Of a stretch of 64,000 bases of DNA, positions 26,435 through 34,742 are shown piece by piece. The stretch lies in assembly GCA_964472315.1 (NCBI GenBank), contig CAYYJS010000013.1:229-64228 (forward strand), given 5' to 3'. The position numbers and the translations under genes were made by a program. The DNA is from an uncultured Victivallales bacterium (GTDB lineage: Bacteria; Verrucomicrobiota; Kiritimatiellia; UBA8416). The notes under the pieces are model-generated. The model did not search any database and was not told where the DNA came from. It worked only from the letters and a program-made list of their open reading frames with translations. Each line of letters starts with the position of its first letter. Position 1 is the first letter of the stretch.

Positions 26435-26599
26435 ATGAGATTCCTGAAACATGTCGGCCGGCTGCTGGGAGAATTCGCCGGATTTGCCTGGCACAACAAG
26501 GCCTGGTGGATCATCCCGGTGGTATTGGTGCTGCTGCTGCTGGCCCTGCTGATCGCGAGCGGACAGGGCGCCGCGCCCTTCATCTACACGTTGTTCTGA
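26435..26599 (+). CDS. DUF5989 family small membrane protein (SxtK-like)
   Basis: 54 aa: MRFLKHVGRLLGEFAGFAWHNKAWWIIPVVLVLLLLALLIASGQGAAPFIYTLF. A single transmembrane segment and the characteristic APFIYTLF C-terminus. Below the ORF-track size cutoff; found by eye. Confidence 0.65.
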   Translation: MRFLKHVGRLLGEFAGFAWHNKAWWIIPVVLVLLLLALLIASGQGAAPFIYTLF

Positions 26600-26637
26600 A
26601 CCGGCGGGGACGCCGGAGAGCGGACGGGTCAAGACAC

Positions 26638-27117
26638 ATGCCATCGACGGAACGCGCCCCGACAAGAATCGTCACCGTGGCCGGCAAGGACCGCGGCGCC
26701 GATCTGGGCCGCGACATCGCGGCGGCGGCCGAAGCCTTGCACGACGCCGGTCTGGCCGGTCTGCTGGAAGGCGAATCCGAGATCCTCAGACTCGGCGCCG
26801 CCGCCAACGAGGCCGAGTTTCTCGACCGTCAGATCGCCGTGTTGACCCGTCGGACCCAGGTGGATATGGACGGTTGCGAGACGCCGCCGGCGGCGGGCCC
26901 GGCGAGCCGCGTCATGCGCGTACTCCGGCGGATTCTCTGGCGGCTGATGCGCTACCCGAGCGACTTCATCGCCTTCAATCAGAACGCCATCAACTGTCAG
27001 TTTGTGCATGCCCTCGAACTGGAGGCGCGGCTGCGCCGACGCGAAACCGAAGCGCTGCGCCGGCGTCTGGCGGCGATTGAGGCGGATCGTCGGGGCGGGG
27101 AGCCGCCCCGGCCATGA
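26638..27117 (+). CDS. Hypothetical coiled-coil protein
   Basis: 159-aa ORF starting MPSTERAPTRIVTVAGKD; its stop overlaps the GT4 start. Part of the glycan cluster. Confidence 0.4.
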   Translation: MPSTERAPTRIVTVAGKDRGADLGRDIAAAAEALHDAGLAGLLEGESEILRLGAAANEAEFLDRQIAVLTRRTQVDMDGCETPPAAGPASRVMRVLRRILWRLMRYPSDFIAFNQNAINCQFVHALELEARLRRRETEALRRRLAAIEADRRGGEPPRP

Positions 27118-28175
27118 CGCGCCGCATCGACCAGTTGGTGGCCGGCTACGCGCGGGGCGACGCCATCTCGCAGGAAGTCCGCATGTTGCGGGACGTCCTG
27201 CGCGAGCTCGGCTATGCGTCGGATACCTTCGTTCCGGAAGGCCATATCGCCCCGGATGCGGTCGGGGACTGTCGGCCGCTACGCGAGTACGACCCGGCCG
27301 CCGGCGAAGGCGCCATCCTCCACTATTCCACCGGTTCGCCGGTGAACACGGCGTTCGCGGCCGTGCGCGGGCGGCGTATTGTGAAGTATCACAACATCAC
27401 GCCGGCCGAATTCTTCGACGGGTACGACGACAATGTGGCGGCCGAACTGCGACAGGCGCGCGCGGGGCTCGCGGACATGGCCGCGGTCGCCGACGAGTTC
27501 TGGTCGGATTCGGCCTACAACGCCGGCGAACTGACGCCCTTCGGCGTGCGCGCTTCCAAGGTGCTTCATCTCGTGTTCCGCGCCGACGAATTCGAGACCG
27601 GCGAAGACCCCCTGATCCGGCGGCAATTCGGCGACGACCTGACCAACTGGTTGTTTGTCGGCCGCCTCGCGCCGAACAAATGCATCGAGGAACTGATCCT
27701 GGCTTACGCCTGGTACTACCACCGCATCAACCGCCGGAGCCGGTTGATCGTGGTCGGTTCGGAACAGAGCTGTCCCCGCTATTACGCCATGCTCCGCCTG
27801 CTGTCCCAGCGATTGCGATTGCCGAACGTCTGCTTTACCGGATACATCTACACGGGGCGGGCGACCCTCTACGACTGCGCGGATGTCTTCGTGATGGCGA
27901 GCCGTCACGAAGGGTACTGCCTGCCGCTCGTCGAGGCCATGGCGCGCGACATCCCCGTCGTGGCGCGCCGCGCGGGCGGCATGCCGGAGGCCATGGGCGA
28001 CGCCGGCGTGATGTTCGACAACCTCAAACCGGCGGAGCTGGCGGTGCTGCTGCACCGGGTGTGCGGCGACGGCGCGCTGCGGGCGGAAGTGATGGCGTCC
28101 CAGCGACGGCGGCTGGCGGACGTGCGGGCGCGCGACGTGAAGCGCGAGGTGGCGGAAGCGCTGGGGCCGATGTGA
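27114..28175 (+). CDS. Glycosyltransferase family 4
   Basis: GRLAPNKCIEELI…EGYCLPLVEAMARDIPVV is the GT4 (RfaG-like) EX7E region. Confidence 0.75.
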   Translation: MTRRIDQLVAGYARGDAISQEVRMLRDVLRELGYASDTFVPEGHIAPDAVGDCRPLREYDPAAGEGAILHYSTGSPVNTAFAAVRGRRIVKYHNITPAEFFDGYDDNVAAELRQARAGLADMAAVADEFWSDSAYNAGELTPFGVRASKVLHLVFRADEFETGEDPLIRRQFGDDLTNWLFVGRLAPNKCIEELILAYAWYYHRINRRSRLIVVGSEQSCPRYYAMLRLLSQRLRLPNVCFTGYIYTGRATLYDCADVFVMASRHEGYCLPLVEAMARDIPVVARRAGGMPEAMGDAGVMFDNLKPAELAVLLHRVCGDGALRAEVMASQRRRLADVRARDVKREVAEALGPM

Positions 28176-28197
28176 TCGTACGGGAGAGGAGCGCAAC

Positions 28198-29244
28198 GTG
28201 GCGGAAATAGTCATCACCGGCGGCGCCGGATTCATCGGTTGCGCCGTGGCCAACCACCATCTGGCCGCGGGCGATCGGGTAACGGTGTTCGACAATCTGT
28301 CGCGCGCCGGGACGGATCATAACCTGGCATGGTTGCGGCGGCAGCCGGGCGGTGACCGGTTGACGTTCGTCCGCGGCGACGTCCGCGACGCCGAGGCCGT
28401 CGTCCGCGCGGTGTCGGCCGACGCCGGGCGCGTCTATCACCTGGCCGGACAGGTCGCGGTGACCACGTCCGTCGTCGCGCCCCGCGAGGATTTCGAGATC
28501 AACGCGCTGGGCACGCTGAATGTGCTCGAAGCCGTGCGCCGGCAGGCGCCCGCGGCCGTGATGCTCTACGCCTCGACCAACAAGGTCTACGGCGGCCTTG
28601 AGGACCGGCCCGTGGAGGAGACCGAAGCGCGGTACGCGCTGACCGACCGCCCCGACGGCATCGACGAGCGCGAACCGCTGGACTTCCACAGTCCGTATGG
28701 CTGCTCGAAAGGGTGCGGAGACCAGTACGTCCGCGACTACGCGCGCATCTACGGTCTGCGGACCGTGGTCTTCCGTCAGTCCTGCATCTACGGCACGCGG
28801 CAATTCGGCGTCGAGGACCAGGGCTGGGTCGCCCATTTCTGCCTGGCCACGCGGTTCGACCGCCCGCTGACGATCTACGGCAACGGGAAGCAGGTGCGCG
28901 ACGTCCTGTTCATCGACGACCTCGTGGCGGCCTACGAGAGCGCCGCCACGCAGATCGCCACGACCGCCGGACAGGTCTACAACATCGGCGGCGGGCCGGC
29001 CTTCACGCTGTCGATCTGGCGCGAGTTCGGTCCCATTTTGGCGCGGCTCAACGGCGGAGAACCGGTGGTGCGCTGGGGCGAATGGCGTCCCGGCGACCAG
29101 CCGATCTACATCAGCGATATCCGGAAGGCGCGACGCGACTTCGGTTGGGCGCCGCGCGTGTCGCCGCAAGAGGGTCTCGACAAGCTGTGGCGCTGGATCG
29201 GCGAGAACGAACCGCTGCTGCGGGCGACCTTCGGCGCGCGGTGA
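28198..29244 (+). CDS. NAD-dependent epimerase/dehydratase (extended SDR)
   Basis: ITGGAGFIGCAVANHH Rossmann motif and a YxxxK region (SPYGCSKGCGDQY). Confidence 0.75.
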   Translation: MAEIVITGGAGFIGCAVANHHLAAGDRVTVFDNLSRAGTDHNLAWLRRQPGGDRLTFVRGDVRDAEAVVRAVSADAGRVYHLAGQVAVTTSVVAPREDFEINALGTLNVLEAVRRQAPAAVMLYASTNKVYGGLEDRPVEETEARYALTDRPDGIDEREPLDFHSPYGCSKGCGDQYVRDYARIYGLRTVVFRQSCIYGTRQFGVEDQGWVAHFCLATRFDRPLTIYGNGKQVRDVLFIDDLVAAYESAATQIATTAGQVYNIGGGPAFTLSIWREFGPILARLNGGEPVVRWGEWRPGDQPIYISDIRKARRDFGWAPRVSPQEGLDKLWRWIGENEPLLRATFGAR

Positions 29245-29278
29245 CGCGCCGCGGCGCGCCCGCCGCACCCGCACCCCC

Positions 29279-29830
29279 TCAACACGACGACGGGGTGTCG
29301 GCGGCCCGACGCTTCGTGCGCAGGTACAGATGCACGAGGACGAGGATCGGCGCGAGGATCAGCAACTCGTTCAGCGCGGAGACCAGGTGCCACCAACTGA
29401 AGAGGCCCAGCCCCCATTGCAGGCCGATGAAGATGTCGAACGGCGCATGGAATCGCCGTTCCGTCCAGGGCCAGAACAGCATGAGGCCGCGTCCGCACGT
29501 GAAGAAGTCCATCGCCGCATGCAGGCTCAGGGCCACCGCCGCCAGGCCGACGTAATGTCGCGCCCGACGGACCTGGAACACGCCGCAGGCCAGCGCCGTC
29601 GCCGCCGTTACGCCGGCGACGAACAGCAGGCTGTGCGTGAACTGGTTGTGATAGGCGCCCATGTCGCGCAGAACCACCCCGGCCACGGCGTCGAGGTCCT
29701 GCGCGAACGAGAAACCCAGCGCGACCCCCGCGTGCATCCAGCGCTCCCAGGCGCCGACCGGTTCGACCTTGCGGAGCGCCAGGCGATGGACCACGTAGGC
29801 GGCGCCGAGATGTGCGAGCGGTGAAGGCAT
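29279..29830 (-). CDS. Membrane-bound metal-dependent hydrolase (DUF457/YdjM-like)
   Basis: 183 aa, multiple transmembrane segments, His-rich motifs typical of DUF457. Confidence 0.5.
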   Translation of the reverse strand: MPSPLAHLGAAYVVHRLALRKVEPVGAWERWMHAGVALGFSFAQDLDAVAGVVLRDMGAYHNQFTHSLLFVAGVTAATALACGVFQVRRARHYVGLAAVALSLHAAMDFFTCGRGLMLFWPWTERRFHAPFDIFIGLQWGLGLFSWWHLVSALNELLILAPILVLVHLYLRTKRRAADTPSSC

Positions 29831-29842
29831 GGCGGGGGTCCG

Positions 29843-30862
29843 TCAGCGCCGGCGCGCGTCCGCGGAACCGGTGCGAGCCGGCAGGTAGCCTTCCGCGATG
29901 TACCACGCGGCCGTCCGCTGCAACCCCTCGTCAAGACCCACGCGCGGCTGGTAGCCGAGATCGCGGCGGGCCTTGTCGATCTTGAACGCGCGGTTCTGGC
30001 GATACCAGTCGACCCGGCGCGGGAAGATGGGCGGCGTCACGTGGAACGGTTTGCAGAGCGTCTCGCAGACGTGTCCGGCGATGACCAGCGGCAGCACCGG
30101 GAAATGCGGAATCTTCACGTCGACGCCCAGGGCTTTGCCGACCCGGCGCACGAGGTCCTCGATGCCGACGTATTCCTCGTCGGCGATGAGATAGGCCTGC
30201 CCGTCGCCCCGACCCGGCTGCATGGCCAGCACCAAGGCATCGACCAGGTTGTCGATGTAGAGCGGATGGTACAGCGTCCGGCCGTTGCCGAACATGGGGA
30301 AGCGCCCGGAGGCGACGCGTTTGAAGATCATGAAGAAGCGCTCCGGGTCCCCCGGTCCGTAGATCGCGGCGGGACGCAGGATCACGCAGGCCATGCGCGG
30401 ACCGTTGTACTCGAGCACGATCGGTTCCGCCAGGTACTTCGTGTGCTGATAATAGTCGGCCGGCTGGATCGGCGCATCCTCGCCGCCCGGCGGGTTGTCC
30501 ACATTCCCGTGCACGCCGCAGGTGCTGGTGTAGATGAAGCGCTTCACGCCGGCCTGCTTCGCCGCTTCGAGCACGATGCGGGTGCCGCCGACGTTGACAT
30601 CGTCATAATGCGATTCGGGGACATCGAGCTCGCGGAAGGCGGCCGCCATGTGCTGCACCACGTCCACGCCGCGCATGGCGGACTCGACCACCGGCTTGTC
30701 CGTGACCGAACCGATCACGACGGTCGCGCCCCAGTCGCGCAGTTCCTGGGTCTTCAGGCCTTCCTTGTAATCGAGCGCGGTGACGGCGTGTCCCGCATCG
30801 AGCAGCCGTCGGACAAGCGCCTTGCCTGTGAACCCCGTGCCTCCGGTAACCAATACTCTCAT
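29843..30862 (-). CDS. NAD(P)-dependent epimerase/dehydratase
   Basis: MRVLVTGGTGFTGKALVRRLL and YxxxK (YQHTKYLAE). Confidence 0.75.
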   Translation of the reverse strand: MRVLVTGGTGFTGKALVRRLLDAGHAVTALDYKEGLKTQELRDWGATVVIGSVTDKPVVESAMRGVDVVQHMAAAFRELDVPESHYDDVNVGGTRIVLEAAKQAGVKRFIYTSTCGVHGNVDNPPGGEDAPIQPADYYQHTKYLAEPIVLEYNGPRMACVILRPAAIYGPGDPERFFMIFKRVASGRFPMFGNGRTLYHPLYIDNLVDALVLAMQPGRGDGQAYLIADEEYVGIEDLVRRVGKALGVDVKIPHFPVLPLVIAGHVCETLCKPFHVTPPIFPRRVDWYRQNRAFKIDKARRDLGYQPRVGLDEGLQRTAAWYIAEGYLPARTGSADARRR

Positions 30863-30893
30863 CGGATCGATCCTCCTTGTCCGTCGCCGTCCG

Positions 30894-32768
30894 TCAGCAA
30901 TTGACGTTGAACTTGCGCTGCCAGATGGCCGTGTTCAGCAGGGCCCACAGCACATGGTTGTGATTGTGTTTCATGGCGAGATGCTCATCGACCAGGCGTT
31001 TGAGCGTCTTCACATCGAGGTTGCGCTGGATGATCGGCGACTGATCGAAGAGGTCGATCATGTAATCCTTGAGCCGGCCGCGCAGCAACTGTTTGACGGG
31101 CAGGCTGTAGCCCTGCTTGCCGCGGTTGACGATGTTGTCCGGCAGGATGCCTTCCAGGGCCGAGCGGAAGACGTGCTTCGTCCGGAACCCCTTCAGCTTC
31201 CAGTCGCCGGGCAGCGAGGCGATGAACTCCACGAGGACGTGGTCGAGCAGCGGCACGCGCACCTCGAGCGAGCTGGCCATGCTCATCTTGTCGACCTTCA
31301 TCAGGACGCTGTCCGCCATCATGAACCGCATATCCAGGTAGATCTCGCGGTTGACGATGTCGGTGGCGTCGCATCGGTCCAGATAGGGGCGGATGAGGCG
31401 AAAGGCGTCGAACACCGCCTTGCCCTTGAAGTCGTCGTTGAACAGCGCGGCATCCTGCCGCGCGTTGCCGAAGTACTGCCAGCGCAGATGATGCCCCTCG
31501 GGCGGGAGGTTCGAACCTTCGATGAAGCGCTTGAACATGTTGATGGCGCCCTTCTTCTGGGGCCGATCGGGCAGGCAGGCGGCCAGACGCGCGATGACGT
31601 GCCTGCGCAGCGGGCCGGGAATGACGCTGAACCAGCGGTTGAGCCGACTGGCCTTGAAGCGGTCGTAGCCGGCGTAGCTCTCGTCGCCGCCTTCGCCGCT
31701 GAGGCAGACCGTGACGTGCTTCCGGGCCTGCTCGCAGACCAGGAACAGCGGCACCGACGACAGGTCCGTCATCGGCTCGTCGAGATGCCAGAGAGCGCGC
31801 TCGACGTAGTCCGGCTTGAGGTTGCTGTCGATCATCAGCACCTGGTGGTCGGTTTGGAACACGTCGGCCACCTGCTGGGCATAGTCCAGTTCGCTGAATG
31901 TCTTGTCCGCGTAGCCGATGGTGAACGTGCGGAGGCGGCCCGGAATGTGGCGGCGCATCATGGCCACCAGCGCGCTGGAGTCGAGCCCGCCCGAGAGGAA
32001 GACGCCGAGGGGCACGTCGCTCATGAGGTGACTCTTGACGGCGTGGTCCAGCAGTTCGCGCTGCCGCTCGACCGCCTCGCCGTAATGGAGATGCTCGGCG
32101 TTCGGCTTGAGGCTCAAATCCCAGTAGCGTGTGACGCGGGTATCGCCGCGTCGATGGATCAGGTGATGTCCGGCCGGGAGTTTCAGGATGCCGCGGAACA
32201 TGGTCTCCGGCGCGGGCACGAACTCGAAGCCGAGGTAGTCGTACAGCGCCTGATGGTTCAACTCGCGCGGGACATCGGGATTTTCGAGGATGGCCTTGAT
32301 CTCGGAGGCGAAGATGAGGCGGCCGCCGTGGAGACTGTAGTAGAGCGGCTTGATACCGATGCGGTCGCGCGCGATGAAGAGCTGTTGCCGGCCGGCGTCC
32401 CAGATGGCGAAGGCGAACATGCCGCGCAGCTTGTCGACGCAGTCGACCCCGTACTCCTCGTAGGCGTGGACGATGACCTCGCTGTCCGTATGGCTGGCGA
32501 ACCGGTGCCCCCGCCGTTCGAGCTCGGGCTTCAGATCCTGGTAATTGTAGATCTCGCCGTTAAAGACCAGCCGCACGGCGCCGTCCTCGTTCGTCATCGG
32601 CTGGCGACCGTGATCGCTGAGGTCGATGATACTGAGGCGGCGATGCCCGAGCGAGATGCCCTCCGCCGCATATGTGCCGTCCTGATCCGGACCGCGATGG
32701 GCCATGACGCCGTTCATCTTCGCAACGAGCGCTTCGTCGCGCCATGTGAATCCGCAAATGCCGCACAT
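30894..32768 (-). CDS. asnB: Asparagine synthase (glutamine-hydrolysing)
   Basis: MCGICGF N-terminal nucleophile, SGGLDSS PP-loop, 624 aa. Confidence 0.85.
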   Translation of the reverse strand: MCGICGFTWRDEALVAKMNGVMAHRGPDQDGTYAAEGISLGHRRLSIIDLSDHGRQPMTNEDGAVRLVFNGEIYNYQDLKPELERRGHRFASHTDSEVIVHAYEEYGVDCVDKLRGMFAFAIWDAGRQQLFIARDRIGIKPLYYSLHGGRLIFASEIKAILENPDVPRELNHQALYDYLGFEFVPAPETMFRGILKLPAGHHLIHRRGDTRVTRYWDLSLKPNAEHLHYGEAVERQRELLDHAVKSHLMSDVPLGVFLSGGLDSSALVAMMRRHIPGRLRTFTIGYADKTFSELDYAQQVADVFQTDHQVLMIDSNLKPDYVERALWHLDEPMTDLSSVPLFLVCEQARKHVTVCLSGEGGDESYAGYDRFKASRLNRWFSVIPGPLRRHVIARLAACLPDRPQKKGAINMFKRFIEGSNLPPEGHHLRWQYFGNARQDAALFNDDFKGKAVFDAFRLIRPYLDRCDATDIVNREIYLDMRFMMADSVLMKVDKMSMASSLEVRVPLLDHVLVEFIASLPGDWKLKGFRTKHVFRSALEGILPDNIVNRGKQGYSLPVKQLLRGRLKDYMIDLFDQSPIIQRNLDVKTLKRLVDEHLAMKHNHNHVLWALLNTAIWQRKFNVNC

Positions 32769-32847
32769 GCAATCGGTTCCCGAGGTTTCGTGTCTGCCCG
32801 AAAGGCGAGGTCAAACCGTATGCCTTTTCGGCGCGGGATGCAATCCC

Positions 32848-33576
32848 TTACCCGTCGCGGCGCAGTTCCATGATCACCGGCGAACCCCACAGTCGGGTGA
32901 GTCCGAGCGCTCCGCACACGGCCTCCAGAGCCGCGGACAGGGCCGGCCGGCGCAGCACGCGGTGCAGTACCATGGGCAGAAAGAACTGCTTCCGCTCGCG
33001 CATGCGGACGAACCCGTGTCGGGCGAAGACATCGGTCAGTTCGCGGCGGCTGAAGAGCCGCCACGCGCGGGTGTTGCCTTCGAGCTTCTTCTTGAACGAG
33101 AAAAGGCCGCCCGAGACCGCCGCATTGAGACTGCGGCTGGTGGGGTAGTCGACGATGATGGAGCGCCGCGCGACACGACAGAGCTCGCCGATCAGCTTCG
33201 GCCATGCGTCACAGTGCGTGAGCAGACGAAAGCAGAGCACCGTGTCGACGGAGGCGTCCGCAAAGGGCAGGTCGAACATGGAGGCGCGGACGAACGTGCA
33301 GGCGCCCCGGTCAACCAGATCGCGAATGCGCGCGCCGCAAACCGCGTCGCTGCCGTGGACCGTCACCCGGAACCCGGCTTCGGCCAGCGGGCGCGCAAGC
33401 TGGGCATGCCCGCCGCCGACATCCAGCACCTCGACGCCCTGGTGTGCGTCGAGCGCGGCGAGAACGATACGGGCCTGCCGCCGCAGCATCCAGGCGCCGA
33501 TGGCGCCCGAAAACCGCCGGGCATAGTCATCGGACGCGGTCTCGATATCGGCGGCATCACTGGCGACCATTGGCAT
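32848..33576 (-). CDS. Class I SAM-dependent methyltransferase
   Basis: VLDVGGGHAQLARPLAEAGFRVTVHGSD motif I and a downstream motif (DTVLCFRLL). Start chosen at MPMVASD. Confidence 0.65.
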   Translation of the reverse strand: MPMVASDAADIETASDDYARRFSGAIGAWMLRRQARIVLAALDAHQGVEVLDVGGGHAQLARPLAEAGFRVTVHGSDAVCGARIRDLVDRGACTFVRASMFDLPFADASVDTVLCFRLLTHCDAWPKLIGELCRVARRSIIVDYPTSRSLNAAVSGGLFSFKKKLEGNTRAWRLFSRRELTDVFARHGFVRMRERKQFFLPMVLHRVLRRPALSAALEAVCGALGLTRLWGSPVIMELRRDG

Positions 33577-33866
33577 TGTCCCGGTTGCGTATCCACCCTC
33601 AGGCGCCTCACGGCCGACACGACCGATCCGGCGACTGGCACGATAGTACGGAACGGCGGGTGTGTCGAGCGATCCCCGACACACCCCTCTCCCGTCCCCT
33701 CCTTGCCACTGTTCGTGTGCATGACAAACCATTTTTCACCTTGTCTTCGAAACGCCGCGGGCGAATTGCTCACGCTTCATGCAGTCGCTCAGTACGGCAT
33801 ACGTGGAGCAGCTATCCGAGCTATATCGGACGGCGCAAACGGTTGGACTTCGTCGAATATGGGCCG

Positions 33867-34490
33867 ATGCTTGCGGAGATGGGCGGCAAGGAGCGTGTGC
33901 GTCCCAGGCGCTACCGGGACTTTGCAGAAAGCGGGTTGGCGGAAAACGATGAGGAGTTCCTGGAGGTGTTGCGGGAATACCCGCGCTGCATGGGAGGCGA
34001 GGCGTTTCGAGACTGGGTCAATGAACAGTACGGAAAGCTCTTGAATCGGCACGCGCATCCCGAGGACGTTTCGTTGCGTCGCACGTCCACGCCCCTGAGT
34101 GCGGAACGGGTACTCCAGCTTGTGGCGGAGAACTTCGGCATACAGGTCAGCGACCTTCAGGTGCGCCGCCGCGACAGCCTCCTGCGCGCCGTGGCGGCTC
34201 GCTGCCTATGTCGTCACGCGGGGCTTACGCAGCGCACCGCGGCCGCGGCGCTCAACATGGGAAGCGGGGCGGCCGTCAGCCACCAATTGCGTAAACTGAT
34301 CGAGGCGCAACAAGCCGACAAGAAACTGGCCCGCCGTCTCGCCGCCTTGGACCAACGACTGTCCACTGAGAGCAGGAACAAAGTATACCAACTCAAGGGC
34401 TGCCCCGATGCCCCCAGTTCCAGCCCATCGTCCGGTCAAACGCTCCACGCTGGCGCACATCCTCAAGCAGGGCAGACTCAGCGCGCATAG
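33867..34490 (+). CDS. DnaA C-terminal-like HTH domain protein, possibly a transposase-associated gene remnant
   Basis: …SAERVLQLVAENFGIQVSDLQVRRRDSLLRAVAARCLCRHAGLTQRTAAAALNMGSGAAVSHQLRKL resembles DnaA domain IV, a module fused to Y1-type transposases in some genomes. The N-terminal part is unassigned and the start is uncertain. Confidence 0.4.
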   Translation: MLAEMGGKERVRPRRYRDFAESGLAENDEEFLEVLREYPRCMGGEAFRDWVNEQYGKLLNRHAHPEDVSLRRTSTPLSAERVLQLVAENFGIQVSDLQVRRRDSLLRAVAARCLCRHAGLTQRTAAAALNMGSGAAVSHQLRKLIEAQQADKKLARRLAALDQRLSTESRNKVYQLKGCPDAPSSSPSSGQTLHAGAHPQAGQTQRA

Positions 34491-34742
34491 AGCAGCCTGT
34501 CCCTTGACGCCTATCAGTGGTGTGTGTGGGACCCTCCGAAAGGAGGGTTCCCATCCCGATCGTCGCTCCCGTCGTCCGCTCTCGTCAGCCGATCCCCGTG
34601 AGACCGACAGAATCGAGATGCGCCCCCCTGCGACGCTGCTTGCAGTATCCCCTTGCCCCGGCTTTGCAACACGCGTAGAATCGCGCCGATCTGGGGTGTA
34701 TCGTGCGCCGGGGCGAGCGCACCTAATGCGAGAGGGGGCGAC

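Noticed and set aside
24323-26665. 780-aa minus-strand ORF opposite the carbamoyltransferase gene
   Set aside because: It is antisense to an unambiguous carbamoyltransferase and has no recognisable domain.
33444-33866. Upstream part of the 348-aa ORF containing the DnaA_C-like HTH
   Set aside because: This portion is antisense to the methyltransferase gene with Arg-rich composition. The gene was trimmed to start at the first plausible Met (33867).
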